Below are positions 16,895 through 32,022 of a stretch of 64,000 nt of DNA, piece after piece. The translations under genes were made by a program, and so were the position numbers. Every line of letters begins with the position of its first letter. The stretch's first letter is position 1. The notes beneath the pieces are model-generated. The model was not told where the DNA came from. It did not search any database and worked only from the letters and a program-made list of their open reading frames with translations. This DNA is from Eledone cirrhosa. Its lineage: Eukaryota. The stretch lies in contig OZ024740.1 in the NCBI GenBank assembly GCA_964016885.1, positions 53,196,001-53,260,000 on the forward strand. The letters run 5' to 3'.

Positions 16895-16974
16895 TCTACT
16901 TTCGTCAAATCGGACCGAGAAAACAATGATTCCGTTGATCTTTCCAATTGCTAAAGCTATCTATCGGTCGCAAC

Positions 16975-17105
16975 TCCAGGTAGAAAGAGGAACGTGAAAT
17001 AAAGTGTCTTGCTCAAGGACATCACGCATCGGCCGGCCCAGGAAACGAACTCACTACTTCAAGATTGTGAATCCAATTATCAAACCACTCAGCCACACGC
17101 CTTCA
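16975..17105 (-). mobile_element. tRNA-derived SINE (family 2)
   Basis: Contains cgtgaaataaagtgtcttgctcaagga as at 21521-21546, with a degenerate tRNA-like head. Confidence 0.7.
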
Positions 17106-17293
17106 CTTATATATATGTATATTTAATATAGAAATGGGTTCTAAAGGACTAGAACTGATCATTCGGAAGAAATCAAGTCCTGTAGAAGCCATCACGATTG
17201 CGAATCCAGTTCTCTAACCAATCAGCCTTACGCCTATATATATATATATATAATATATATATATATATGAATATATATATATATGTATGTATG

Positions 17294-17332
<39 letters not shown>

Positions 17333-17399
17333 ATGTGTGTGTGTGTGTGTGTGCGCGTGCGTGTGTGTGTGGGTGTGTGTGTGTGTGCGTGTGTGTGTG

Positions 17400-17450
<51 letters not shown>

Positions 17451-17452
<2 letters not shown>

Positions 17453-17631
17453 CGAAGGAGTTGTGGTAAGGAACAAGATGGACCATAACGCACAAGAGTA
17501 CTCAATACTTAGGGTAGTAGAGTGGGTAATAGGAAAAATATGACCCCGACGGCAGAGCTCAAACCGTTTCGACGGCTATTATAGCCGTCGAAACGGTTTG
17601 AGCTCTGCCGTCGGGGTCATACATTTTCTTA
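17451..17631 (-). mobile_element. Family A palindromic element
   Basis: Reverse-complement tail, then a palindrome at 17531-17631 centred on ggctat-t-atagcc. TA-flanked. Confidence 0.88.
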
Positions 17632-17816
17632 TATATATATATATATATATATGAGTCCCGGATTCAATCGGGGGTAACAACAGTGAGTAAGGCATTCAAT
17701 ACATTAGTAGAGTATATAGTATATACAACAAAGTTTAATATAGAAATGGCTTTTAGAGGACTAGAACTGTTTCATTCGAAAGAAATCATTACCATATATA
17801 TATATATATTATCATT

Positions 17817-17990
17817 TTGGCAGTATCGGTAAAGGGTCGGACGCGATGCTTTGCAGCAAAGAGTTACGGCCCTTTATGGTCTGAGTTCAAATCCCGCCGA
17901 GGTTAACTTTGCCTTTCATCCTTACGGGGTCGATGAAATAAAATACACTGGTTAATATTTGGCCTTGTGCCAAAAGTAGAAATAATTATT
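17817..17990 (+). mobile_element. tRNA-derived SINE (family 1)
   Basis: A-box-like tggcagtatcggta, B-box gagttcaaatcc, and body gaggttaactttgcctttcatcct..cggggtcgat shared with other copies. Confidence 0.85.
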
Positions 17991-18296
17991 AACATATTTT
18001 AGGAGGGGGGGGGGGGACATCTTCCCCTCTCCTTCTCTTCCCCCTTCATTGTCATTATCATCATCACCACCATCATTTCCTACATCTTCGTTGTAATCAT
18101 GAACATCATCCTGGTCATCGGTCTTTCCCCCGTCTTCACATGGCGGTCGTTAAATGTATGTTATTTATGTCAATGTCGGTGTTGTTGCTTCTCTTTGGTT
18201 TTCTTCTCCGATTACAATCTTTCCCATGTTTTGTTTATCGTCTGTCTCTTTATATCATTTCACTATCTCCATTTACCTGTCTGTCTTTCTCATACA

Positions 18297-18312
18297 CATG
18301 ACTATATATGAC

Positions 18313-18348
<36 letters not shown>

Positions 18349-18409
18349 CACACACACACACACACACAGACACACATAAACACAGGCACTCACGCACACG
18401 TGCCATATA

Positions 18410-18448
<39 letters not shown>

Positions 18449-18895
18449 GTATATATTTACACACACACACACCAACGCACACATGCACACACACACCCAC
18501 ACCAACACATACATATAGACACACACACACACACACACAGACACACATAAACACAGGCACGCACGCACACGTGCTATATAAGACTATATATATATATATA
18601 TGTATATATTTACACACACACACACCAACACGCACACAAACACACAAACACACACACCCACACCAACACACACACAAACACACAAACACAAACACCCACA
18701 CCAACACACACAGACACACATAAACACAGGCACGCACGCACACATGACTATAAATATATATATATATATGTATATATTTACACACACACACACACACCAA
18801 CACAAACACACAAACAGACACACCCACACCAACACACACACACACACACACACACACTGAAACACATAAACACAGGCACGCACGCACACGCACAA
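18297..18895. repeat. Higher-order tandem repeat (about 170-nt unit) built from TA and CA tracts
   Basis: Anchor acacataaacacaggcac.cacgcacac recurs at about 18372, 18543, 18716 and 18862. Confidence 0.8.
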
Positions 18896-19082
18896 ATATA
18901 TATATGCACAAATAGGGACTATAGAATTACATAACATATATGTATATATGTATATATGTATATATATATACACATATTGTGGGTCTAAATACCTATATAT
19001 ATAATTATTGTATGTCTCTCTCTCTCTATATATATGTATATATTTCTGCATCTCTCTCTCTCCACCTCTCTTTATGTATATG

Positions 19083-19116
<34 letters not shown>

Positions 19117-19422
19117 TAAATATGTGTGTGTGTGTGTCTATTTGTTTGTGTGCCAGTGTTTACAAGATTGTTTTGTTCTTGATTTTGTCGTTTGTCTATC
19201 CGTGTTGCAAATAACTTTTTAGCTATTTGTTGTATTTTCTCGTTGTTCGCATTGGTTTTGTTGTTTTAACATACACACATACACACACACACACACATAA
19301 ATATATATATGTATGTAAATACATATACATATATATATATACACACACATATATATATATATATATAAATACTGATATATATATATACTTATATCTATAT
19401 ATACTTATATATATATAGATAC

Positions 19423-19501
<79 letters not shown>

Positions 19502-19979
19502 TTATAGTTTTTTTTTGCACACTATGTCTAATTTCATTGTTTTCACACTTGGGATATTCTTATCAGATCCTTTCACACGTCGTTGTTTATTTCTACTTCA
19601 CTTGCTTTTCTCTCGATGTTGTCTTATTTTTGTGATATTGCATTGTGTATTATTTGACTTTATTTTATTTTGCTTTATTACATTTCATTCTCATTCCATC
19701 TCCACATTTGTTATTGTTATTGCTGGGACTTTATTATGCTTATTTTTATTCTTCTCATTGTTATTATTACATTGTTATTATTATACTAGCTTATTGTATT
19801 GTGTATTGCATATATATATAATATATGTATATATCTATGTATGTATATGAATACACACATACACACGAACACGCAGACACACACACACACATATATATAT
19901 ATATGTATAATCTTATATACATACATATATATATATATATATAATTATATATATATATATATATATATATAATGTTATA

Positions 19980-20014
<35 letters not shown>

Positions 20015-20794
20015 GTATATATATAAACTTATATATATAAATATATATATATATTTATATATATAAGTTTATATATATATTTATATATATAAGTTTATAT
20101 ATATACATATATATATTTATATATATAAGTTTATATATATATTTATTTATATATATAAGTTTATATACATACATATAAATATATGTATATATATATACAT
20201 ACTTTACTTATAATTCTGTTTATTTGCTTCTTCAATTTCTTTATTTTGTGTCTTTGACTTCTTTTAGACTCTCTGTCATGTTCATTTCTTCTTTTTTGTT
20301 TTGTAGTTAATCTCATTTTATCATTGTCATACCCAAACCTTGTCGCAGCGTCTAAACAAAAGTTTTGTAACAAGGTCTTCATTGCATTATCACTGATTCC
20401 TATCATATGTCGGATCGGTTTACTATCAGATAATTCGCTTTCCTAAACTCCACCTAACGATAACGATGCCACAGAACAAGTGGCAGAAACACGTGCCTTT
20501 AGCTGTAGTAGATGGCTGCTCCAAAAACTTCCTACACTCGATGTTGATTCCAGCTGAGAAGAAAACAAGTAGTGAATTCTGAAACTCCCTCAACAAAACA
20601 CACAACGACACATACACACAACTAATTATAAAGATATACATAAATACATATACACAAACAAATTACACACACACAAAAATACACATATATATTTACGCAG
20701 ATACATACATACAAATACAAACACACACACATAGATATATGCATACATACATACATACATATATATACATACATGCATACATACATATTTATAC

Positions 20795-20866
<72 letters not shown>

Positions 20867-21495
20867 ACTTATGCTAATTATGACACACAGCATATAAAAA
20901 AAAGACATATATATCTGTTAATACAACAGAGAACAAAAAATAATCCTGTATCACGTAAAATCGTTAGAGCATATAAGTAAATGTTGTGAGGTTTTTTGTC
21001 CTACCATTTTGCACTCTGAATTCAGATGTCATCAAGGTCAACTTTGTCTCTCATCCTTTCGAAGTCGATTTCATGAAGTATCAGTCGAGTTTGACTGGCG
21101 TTTTTGTTACAAAGTTGAACGAGATGCCTTCCTCTATTGTACCGGTTTTTTTTACTCCCAAGTTCTTGGATAGTAGACTATTTAATACAAACACTTTGTC
21201 CTCGCATATGCTTTGTGGATTTCTCCCTGATGAAAATATTTGAACCGAGTCGCAGCATTGATGATACCCTCTTCCAAACTTTCACGGAGACCCTTAAAAA
21301 ACAAAAACAAAAACAAAAACAAAAACAAAAACAAAAACAAAAAAAACTTTTATGCGTATATTCAAAACTTTCCCTGTACTTGTGTGTGTGACAGCTCACA
21401 CCTATGCAGGTTTATCTGGCCTCCTCCATGGTATATCTCGTTGGAGGTGTCTTGGGTAATTTAATGATAGAGACCCCAGTCCTATCATCTCATTT

Positions 21496-21630
21496 CTACA
21501 GCTGAGTAATCTGGAGCAACGTGAAATAAAGTGTCTTGCTCAAGGAAACAACACATCGCCCCGTCCGAGAATTGAACTCACAACCTTTCGATTGCAAGCC
21601 CAATGCTCTAACCCCTAAGCTATGCGCCTT
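21496..21630 (-). mobile_element. tRNA-derived SINE (family 2)
   Basis: Head ggcgcatagcttaggggttagagc...gtgagttcaattctcgg, near-identical to 60987-61055. Confidence 0.85.
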
Positions 21631-22562
21631 GGAAACCCTTGATGAACGAATGGTATAAGTGCTCACTGAAGAATAAAAATAAATATACATAACACATTAG
21701 GGAAATATATATAATGTAGAAGATACTTGATCAAATTGGGAACCCGAATCCACGTATTTACGAAGTAGAATCTTGATCCACATAGCCACGTCGCAAGCAA
21801 GCACACACACACACTCTCATATCGCAAACAAGCGCACACACACACACATACACACACACACACGGAATAATTAATCGGTCGGGATTTTATTGTATTTCTA
21901 TATCTATTCTATACACCTAAACATGTATCATCTTCTACCATGATTTGTGGTCTTTTCGGTCCTTAAATCTTGGACACACATCGCCCCCCCCCCCTCCCCA
22001 ACCACACGCACAAACACACACACACGTGCATACACACACGCGCACGCAAAAACACACACAGACAGACACACACATATATATATATATTTAATATAGAAAT
22101 GGCTTCTACAGGACTAGAACTGTTTCATTTGGGAGATATCATCAGGGCTTCCTGAGTACCAGCAATTTGGAGAACAGGGTAAATTGATTACTCTGATCCT
22201 AGTACTCCGTAAAGACGAAAGGCAAAATAGACGTCAGCGGTATTTGAACCTGGAATGTAGAAGCCGCAAAGCATTTTGTCTGACGCTGTGGCAATTATGT
22301 GTCAAGTCAATAATATTTAGATCGGTCCCAACACATTCTTTTTCATTTTTTATCTCTTTAACATTTTCTCAAATCGATGTTAAATGTTATAGTAATTTAA
22401 GGAACTTCGTTCTCTTAACAGCGTCCTATTAAGAGTGTGTTATTTATCACGTACCATCTACACGTAGCTGTTATTATATTGGCATTGCTTCCTACAATGC
22501 AGATCAGTTTCATTTGAATTGCATTGATTCCTACAATGCGGATCAGTTTAATTTTTTCCATT

Positions 22563-22637
<75 letters not shown>

Positions 22638-22762
22638 TGGAAAATGTGTGAAATCTAAGTATATTTGAAAAAAGGAAAACAATTTGATTTAATTTTATAA
22701 TATTATAATATAAAATTAAATCAAATTGTTTAGAACTACAAGTGAAGTCATTCTTTTCCTTT

Positions 22763-22804
<42 letters not shown>

Positions 22805-24229
22805 TGCTATTGGGTTACTTAAGTTAGACATTGGCTGGGCCAATACTAGCCGAAACCTATCAAAGTTATCAAAGTTATACACACGCACACATATATAGGT
22901 GTGTGCGTGTGTGTGTGTGCTTGTGTGTGTGTGTGTGTGTACGTTTATGTGTGTTTGTGTATGCTTCTGTTTGTATATGCCAGCTTAAATAAGTGCATAG
23001 AAATGCAAAACGTCAACAGATAATCTAGGTAATTGGTATATAGAATTTACTAATAAACACTGGAATTAATGTGATCAACTAAAATCTCGTGAAGGTGATG
23101 CTTCCAAATGGCCGTAGTCCAATAGACTATAACCATTAATAGATTTTTATTGTGCTAGTGATTCCTTTCATTTGGAGTTACAGCTTTGAAACTTGTAAAA
23201 GAAAAAAATTCTCTCTAAGTTGATTATAGAGCAAATTGATCTATATTTTATACTATCATTCCAGAAGATCTTGTTCATTTTTAAAATAGAAAACCGCAAT
23301 TGTTTTTAACTGGAATGAAAAGACTGGTGATTTACTTTAATAACTGTAGTTTCTAAATATGTTTATAGATTCAAAAATACGTTTTCAATAGTTTTGTTTG
23401 AGTGTTTTTGTTATTTCGTTCTTAATTCATTTTCATTTTAAGTTTTATACATTATTATTTCGCTCTTACGTCAGCATGCCTATCGAGTACGATGTGTATG
23501 TTTAGCTGCTCAGTTATGTTCTGGTTTGTGTTTTACATAAATTATAATTGCTATAAGTTGTCTTCGGGGGTGGAAGGATACAGGTGTTTGTTTTCTGATA
23601 AACAATCAATTAACTGTGAAATATATAAATCTAATTTTTGTGTATGAAGAGAACTACAAAGTGTATTTACAATTTTCTCTTGTCACAACGAGGCGTATAA
23701 CACACACACGTTAGTTATTTCTACATTAAATTCATCTTATATTATCTGATAATTAACCCTTCCTATTCTTCACTTGAAATGTTGTCGATTGTTACTCTTT
23801 ATCATGCAATGCATCAGCCTCTGCTGACCTTTCTCTTGCTATGTCTTATTTCTAGTTTCCACACATAGAAAAACCTATCCGAACTGGAACTCATCAGTAG
23901 TCTCATCGTATTCATTTCCTCCACGCGATATAAAAACAAGAATAGATTCGCAGACGTTCGAGCTAAATCTATGGAGAGTCTTTCAGCTACCTGCTCTGCC
24001 ATATTTCTTGAAACATAGTAAGGTTTGTAAACATTGTGGGCGACATATCTTTGAACAAATATCATAGTTCTCAATATCTGATTACTTCGACTTTCATAGC
24101 CTCCTTTTACAAAATTGTTTGAACTTAGTACATGCACTGTTTCCACCCTTCTACACATTTAAAAAATAAAACATAAATACCACACACACACACGTCTGTG
24201 CGTATATATGTATATTTGATGCCGATCTA

Positions 24230-25640
24230 AATACGAATGGAAAAGTTTCATAGAACTTCTGTTCTAGTAATGTGCTTTCCATTATGAACATCTTCTTCTA
24301 GTACAAATACATCCATAAATACACACGGTATAAAGGGAATTGGCGTCAAAGATCAATAATTAATTTTGTTATTGTCTATGATATCTTCGATTCTGTGCTG
24401 GATGTTCGTGTTAAAAGAAGGACTGCGCTCTCAACTGATTACGCTGTAGATTTAGTTAAATACAAGTTGAGAGTACCCATAGTCACGAAAGCTAAAAAGA
24501 CTGGCTGGTTCAGGACAACCTACAGGATAAAGTGGGAAGCGTTGCTGGATAAGGAAGTCATGACCAGTAATGCGGATAATATTGCATCCAAATTCAGAGA
24601 ACTCTCTGAACAAACTGAGGACATTGAAACGGCGTGAAGACTTCAGCACAGTAGTTTCTACTTAAATGCTGCGGGCGAGAGCGGCTTAGTGTGATGCCGG
24701 GTGTTGGGAGCACCTTTTGATTCAATCAAGTGCTCAAAGATGTCATCCGAGTAAAACAGGAGGTTTACAAATCTTTTCTTGGAAATAAGTCCTCCTTCTT
24801 GCAGTTGCGGAACAGGTAGCTGCAAAAGGTTGTGACAGAGGCAGTAAAGGCCTTCGAAAGTAAGCTGACTATCCACCTACTTCGTCAGAAAAAGTCTTCC
24901 TCTAAGCCTGCTATCAGGAATGAGTCTAGAATTCTCCTTTCTTTAGAGAGGTGCATCCTCGTAAGATGCAGAGAGTACTTTGCTGATTTCCTTAACCTCA
25001 TCACAACATCTTCTGGTGTACGTGAAGGGTCTCTCGGAGCTATGGCTAACATTTTGGAAGCTGAGGTCACAAGAGCAATTAAAGAGCTCAAATGTGGCAC
25101 ATCCTCTCCAAAAGATGGAATTTAGCCTGAGATGTTAAAAGCCTTAAATAGAGAAAGCATTCTCTGGCTGACTCATGTGTGCCGGGTGGCCTGGATCTCT
25201 GAAAGGGCACCTAAGCAATGGCAGTTGGGGTTGATAATCCCAATTTTCAAAAGGGGAAACAAGGCAAATAACTCCAATTATAGAGGATTGTCCTCATTTA
25301 AGCCTCCTCTGTTACGTACAAGGAAAGTGTTTGGTAAAGAGATGCAGGGGTATTGTCGAGCCGAAGCTAACTGACGAAATGCCTGGTTTTCGTCCTGGAC
25401 ACAGCACAGCCGACCAAATATTCACATTGCAGCAGATCTGAGAAATTGTGAGAGCATTGCCAATAAGAGTATGCTTGTTTCGTAGACCTCGAAATAGCAC
25501 GTAACCAGGTTCCGCGGGACCTCTTGTGGAAATTTCTGCAGGAATATTTGATTGGTGGATAGCTTTTATTGCCCTGGTGTCTCTATACGAATTCTCTAGT
25601 ATTTGGGGATCCAGTCGGATCAACTGTAGGCAGTTGCTTC
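24230..25640 (+). mobile_element. Decayed RTE-clade LINE (EN C-terminus + RT N-terminus)
   Basis: DVRVKRRTALSTD, PKQWQLGLIIPIFKRGN..NYRGLS, GFRPGHSTADQIFTLQQI and YACFVDLE, with stops and frameshifts. Confidence 0.85.
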
Positions 25641-26924
25641 TGACAGGGCCGATTTGAGGACTCTTCCTCCACGAAGAAGAAAAAGAAGAAGAGTGAATAT
25701 ATTCGATTGAATCAGTCTAGTACATGGTTGCTATGGAAATTAAGTCTTTTGAAAGAATAAAAACAACTCTACACCGACAGATGTCCACAAATCATAGAGG
25801 TGTGGAAGAAGGTGAATTTAGTCTGCTCTACGTCTTTTACTACCTAATTTATAATTATAATCAATTTTAATTTGAAATTATCTAATTCCTGGTCTGTACA
25901 GTGTACATGGTAGTAACATAATTGTTGTTTTATAGAAACTGGGAGATTGATAATAGGCCAGATTAATTTCGGTGGAGCTTGAACTTCAACTCTGCAGACT
26001 AAAAGTTGAAACTCCAAAACATATCAAGACTAGAACTTTACAGTTTCCCCTATAATCTTGTAAAGTATAATTACGCAGCTTCTGTTATAACTTTTGAAAA
26101 CCAATGCTCTTTTACACACTCTAGTAATACTATCCTATGTTTACGGAGTGATGTAATTCGTTCAACTCATGCTAAATAACAACCAAAAACAAACAAAATA
26201 AACAAGAAAAGAATAAAGGAAACCTATAGAAAAGGATCATTTTTCCTTTAGGGGCAAGTTAAAATCAGAGTTTTAAAGCAAGAAGTGTAAAATCGATTCT
26301 TTTTTTCTTAATTTACATAATTATATGCCTTTGGAGGTGTGGAAATCCAGCAAAACACAGCAAAAGTTTCGCTTTAAGATGTATAGAAATTATCATGTAG
26401 AATTTGTTCTAAATAAAATTGCAAAGCACGAAGTTGAAAATAGATATTTTTTTGTTTTGAAAATGCATTTATTTTCTCACAAGACGAAACTAAATGTATT
26501 TTCTGTGAAACCAGTATATTTTTTAAACAGTCGGAAATATGCCAAATATCTTTGTTGTGTCATACTTATTGCTTAAATTTACCATATCGTTGCAAGGAAT
26601 ATTTCTAAACAACAAATATATTAATGAAATTTTAGCTTTAAATTTTAATCATATTTTTCATATTTCGTTTTTATGTTCAGGGCATTTCTTGTAAACTGGT
26701 ATATTGAGCATTATATGTATAAAAGTTAAATTATAAACCAAACCAAAGTGAGATAGGTACGAAAACAAGAGCAGAAAAACAACAAAATTATGCACAAACA
26801 TATTTTTTATGCAGTGTTAAATTGTTCAAAACGGTTTCGATTCGATTATATTCAGAGCAATTTCAGTTACTGTAAGGTTTGGGATGAGAAGATGACAACG
26901 ATACATTCTTTTGTTATTGGCATA

Positions 26925-27115
26925 GGGCGGTGGATTGGCAGAATCGGTAGAGCCTCGGACAACCTACTTAGCAGCATAGAGTTACGGCCCTTTACGTTCT
27001 GCGTTCAAAACCCGCCGAAGTTAGCTTTGCCTTTCATCCTTACAGGGTCGATAAAATAAGCACCAGTCATGCACTGGGATCGATTTAATCGACTTTCCCC
27101 TTCCCCAAAATTGTT
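26925..27115 (+). mobile_element. tRNA-derived SINE (family 1)
   Basis: Aligns with 17817-17990 and 51182-51396. Confidence 0.85.
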
Positions 27116-30100
27116 CCTAACATATCCCAACTGTCACTAGTAAAGTAATAAAGAGTTATAGTTTTGACTAAATTAAAAACAACAAAAGTACCTTCTAATG
27201 AACCGCTACCATTTTTGACGATATTAGAAACCCCTTGAAGATGTAAGTGGCCGAGTATTCCGCAGAAATACATACATATAACGTAATTATCCAGCAGTAT
27301 GACATATTCTAATGCAGTTGTTGTTTATTTCTAGGTTTGAAGATTACAATACGATTACTGTCCTAATTTTTTTATTAGCTTTAAAGGCAGTGTAAACGTG
27401 TATAAATTCTTCACGTTTAATTTGTAAGTTTAATTCTTTCCGTATAGAGAATCCCACATGTTGATACTCCAAAGATATATCTCTTACGAAGACAATCAAT
27501 ATTTTTTAAAAATTGATTACTGATAATAAAATCAATGACATTACAATCGTGAAACTTTTCAGAGTTTATATCTGATATGTTGTTCCCTCTGATAACTCCA
27601 CTAGCACTATTGGTTTAATCAATGGTATAACATCTATTAGTGACGCTGTCATCATGGCCGCCGTTATTAAGAGAATAACAGAAAATAAAAGAAAGATCTA
27701 CAGAAACAAAAGGGTATTGTGGACTAGAAATGTAAGCTCTGAGTGAGGCAAGTTTGCTGCTTGAAGACATCACATCTATTATATTTCTATGAAGTCCTAG
27801 ATCCAATATACTTAAAAAAGCCTAAACGATTATTGCTTGAATGTCTTCGATCATAAATGTGATTAATTAGAGCAGAATCGGGACTAAACAATCGCAGGCA
27901 GAAGACCAATGTTTCTAGCGTACATACAAACTGCTTGGGTAGATGGAAACTGCGTAGAAACCTGTCGAATAGACGCAAGCTGCTTGAAGTGGTAGACGGA
28001 ACGTGGTCCGTGAATGTCTTTAGTGGTGTCCTCTATGTTGCATGTATTCGGATATCATTGTTAACCTGAAAATCATTCAATATATTGACATACCGCTTCC
28101 AACCGCAGCGAACCATGTATAATGGGATTTATTTGATATCACTCTCCCTCTTTGGAGGCCATTCAAAGGTTTGTGGACGCTGCACTTCATCATCCAATTA
28201 AACCATAAAATTAACAAAAAAGACTGCAGTTGAGTACCCAATGCTGATCGCGGACTCGTCCAGATACATTTTACTTTTACATTTTTGCGCTTGCCAAAGG
28301 ATGACCCCCTGGAATTCCAGTATTAACGGGAAGGATAACTTCGTGTTTAGGATGACATATAAATCTGCTACTAGTCAGAGTAGCAGTCTAAACGAATGCA
28401 AATTATCCAGCGAGTGAAAATGAGCTTAGTTTTGTAACGAAACATGCACTCATTTGACAATGTTTCAATGATCTAAACCCTAAATTTAGGGTTTAGATCA
28501 TTTAGGTATTATACTGAAGTATTTGTTTACAGCTTGGTATACTCGATGATTCGACTATGCAGGCGGCACCTTGGCTACATATGCAATGTAGAGTCGTCGA
28601 CGATGTGTTATTAACCGCCACAGACATCTTATAAAACATTCCAAAGTATTTATATAGAAGCTGCCGTGTCTGTTTCTTAATAAAATTGATTTAACCTGCA
28701 GCTAACACAGTTTTCGTTTTAACATTTTGAGATAAGATGAATTAATGAATACACGACATATCTTGTCGTAGAAATCATCAAATTACATTATTAGCACTAC
28801 GTATATCTAATATTTTACATTTCAGTTTTCAATCTTATTTTGAAACCTATTCATTATGCATGTGAATAGAGAAAGATTATCCAAGATCATTTCTTGATAA
28901 GAATTGTACCGCATTTTGTTTGAATTCTTTTGCTTTTATTTAACCGTTATATTAGTTCTATTGGTTTTATTTAATCGTACTATTGCTTTCCATGCTTAAT
29001 ATTACAAAAATTACTTTCACGATATATCACCGATGACTAATTTCCATCGCATATTTCCATCGCCAAGTATGTGATGTTTAAATGCAAATATATTAAAATT
29101 AGGAAGAGTAAATGTAAGAAAATAGTGAAAGTAATAAAATTTAAATTTGAATTTAGATAAGTTAACAATAAATGTGAACAATGTATGAAATTTTAATGTA
29201 TGAAAATTTAATGATGCAGGTTTATTGCGGATAATAAAACAAGAACAACAATTAGAGACTGGGTGTAGTAGTCAGTGCGGTTCTTGAAGTAGACACGATA
29301 CAAATGTCAAAACTAAAAAAGTGCATGACTGGAAATAGCTCTAGAGTAGCCAGCCAGCTCCAAGAAGCAGAAGCTACCGTTTTAGCGATAGAGAAGACTG
29401 CGAGTAGACCGCTCATCTGTAGGTCGGAGGCTAGAATATTTTAGTGAGCAATATCATATTAGTATGACTGGTCATCTTTCTTTGGAAGTGATCTAGGATA
29501 CTTGCATGTGTGGGTGCAGTACTCCATCGTGGATTTAAATAAACTTCTTTAGTTTTCGGAAGTTTAAGTATTTCATGGGCTTGATAAACGAGGCCAGTCT
29601 TTACGATGTAGAGTTTGCTTTAGTGAGGATGTATGATCATTTCGAAGTATTCCTTGTGATGGTAAGGCCATTGTAAGGTTCCAGATGTATTTGACGTGTT
29701 TAGGGACGGGAGTATATAATGTTTTCTTGATTTGTGTAATTGCAGGAAATAAGATTAATCTCACCTTACTGGTGTATGTTTTAGAGATCTCTATTCACAG
29801 ATCAGTGCAGGCTTATATGTAAATGAGGCTTGGGTGCAAAAGTTTAGAGACGATTGAAGGTGAATATTAGCTGTCTAAGAGAGGCTGCTGTTGGAGGTGA
29901 CAGCAAGTGGACCATTGATGTATAGGAGGAAACGTGTGGTGAACAAAACCCAGCACCCAACACCCAACATAGGGATATACCTGCCTGTAGTTGAATGACT
30001 ACGGGTTATACAGAATTTCCTTAGCTCACCTACAGTAGTGTGACTTGCCCGGAATCTACTGTTTTACGAGACGAGAGACGGATAGAGCTTAAAGGAAGGT

Positions 30101-31157
30101 AGTTTTGATTTTAAAGAATCATGTGATAGATGCAGACAGATTCTGCTTAATAGTGCCACAACAATGTTCACTGAATTCCCCGAAAACGAAGTCCCAGTGG
30201 TGATATTATTAAACGTTTCACAAATACCAGTTATATATGGAGTCAATGCACAGTATTGTTTTTTGTAGTTATTGTTTAGCTTCCTGTCCCGTGTGTTCAG
30301 TGATGGAGTGAATCTATCATCAAAAGCATTCCAAGACTGACAATTTGGTCCTATTTTCAGGCATCGTATAACTATGACTATATTATTCTTAAATATTTAT
30401 TAAAACAAAGGTTGTGTGGAATTTAAAGGAAATCTGACTACTATTTCTCGCAGGTAGAATGATAACCTATGCTGGTTTTTATTATCTGCAGCCATTGCTG
30501 TTTAAAGCCATGTCATTCTTGATTAAACGGACCCACGATCAAAGGAATTCCAGCTATGACCACCTCCTTATTTTAGCGCTATAGCTAAATTATTTAGTGT
30601 TTCCTTTCCTTATTAAAACGCTAGAGTGCAGTCCTTTGTTTCTTCCCGGTTTCTGTAGTATTTTTTCCAGACTGCGTTTTGATTGAATTCTCTCAATGTT
30701 GATAAAGTGTTGTGTTCAGAAACGCACCGAGACACAAACAGTTAGTTTGATCTCGCAATACTCAAATGCGCAGATATAACTATGTGGTTAAGGTGTTCGG
30801 TTCAAAACTAAGTCATTTCCGGTTTGAGTCCACTGCAAGGCACATTAGACAGCAATTTACTCTTAAAGACTTGTGTCGATAAAGACTTGTGGGTTATATT
30901 TAGTAGACGAAATTTGTATAAGCGCACAGGAGCAAAACTACTCCTGTTCTTGGGGGATAGATTTAATACTTTATTCGGTTAAATATCCCCTCTTGACACA
31001 CGGGTTCATTTAATGAGGTATTAAATTTGAAGAAAATTACTCCCTTTCTTCTACAAGTCACAGATGCACTGAAAATCGTTTTGGGCGCTGCTTTTCTTCC
31101 TCTAATTCAATCTGATATAGAAGCTAAGCAAAGTATTCCCTCCACCTCGCGAGGATG

Positions 31158-31228
<71 letters not shown>

Positions 31229-31238
<10 letters not shown>

Positions 31239-31253
31239 ATGTTTACACACATG

Positions 31254-31299
<46 letters not shown>

Positions 31300-31825
31300 C
31301 ATGTGTGTAAACATATATTAATTTGATTAAAATAACAGGAGGCCGGACTGGTAATATCCCTTTAAAGCTTTACTGTTACAAAAAGAAATATAAATATTTC
31401 GATGGCCTGGCGACATCATCAGCTGTGGATTGGATATTTGATTTGGAGATGGTCTGCAGTAACAAAGACACCTATTTCATGTACCATCTCCGAATCAAAT
31501 ATTTTCTCTGTTCTTTGTTTGTGTTTGCAATAATTCCTTTATTGATTAACTAATTATACAATCCTCATATGATGATGTCACCTGCATCTAACGTAGCCAT
31601 AGAAATATCTATACTGTTTTTTGCAACAATAACACTTTTAAGGGATATCACCAGTCCAGCTTCCTGATATTTTAATCAAATTATATTTAACTCCGTTCCT
31701 GCACCAGCCACAGGATTCAACATCAACAGTGGATGAGTTGCGCAATGTAGAGTGCTTCTCCTACAATTACATCATGATTAACTAAACGGAATGAGTAGTT
31801 CTCTCCATTAGTGAACCACAAAGCA
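31229..31825. mobile_element. TA-centred palindrome (31229-31324) fused to an inverted-repeat element with two decayed HHR motifs
   Basis: Arms 31319-31367 and 31635-31683. Minus-strand CUGAUGA...GAAAUAUUUAUA at about 31388-31422 and plus-strand AUGAUGA...GAAAUAUCUAUA at about 31569-31613. Confidence 0.6.
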
Positions 31826-31873
31826 TAAATGAATATATATATATATATATATATACATATACATACCCCTCCT

Positions 31874-32022
<149 letters not shown>

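Noticed and set aside
27900-28400. Possible DNA transposase relic (FEWP-like and HGPRSVYHF peptides on the minus strand)
   Set aside because: Motifs are short, in unexpected order and lack a catalytic signature.
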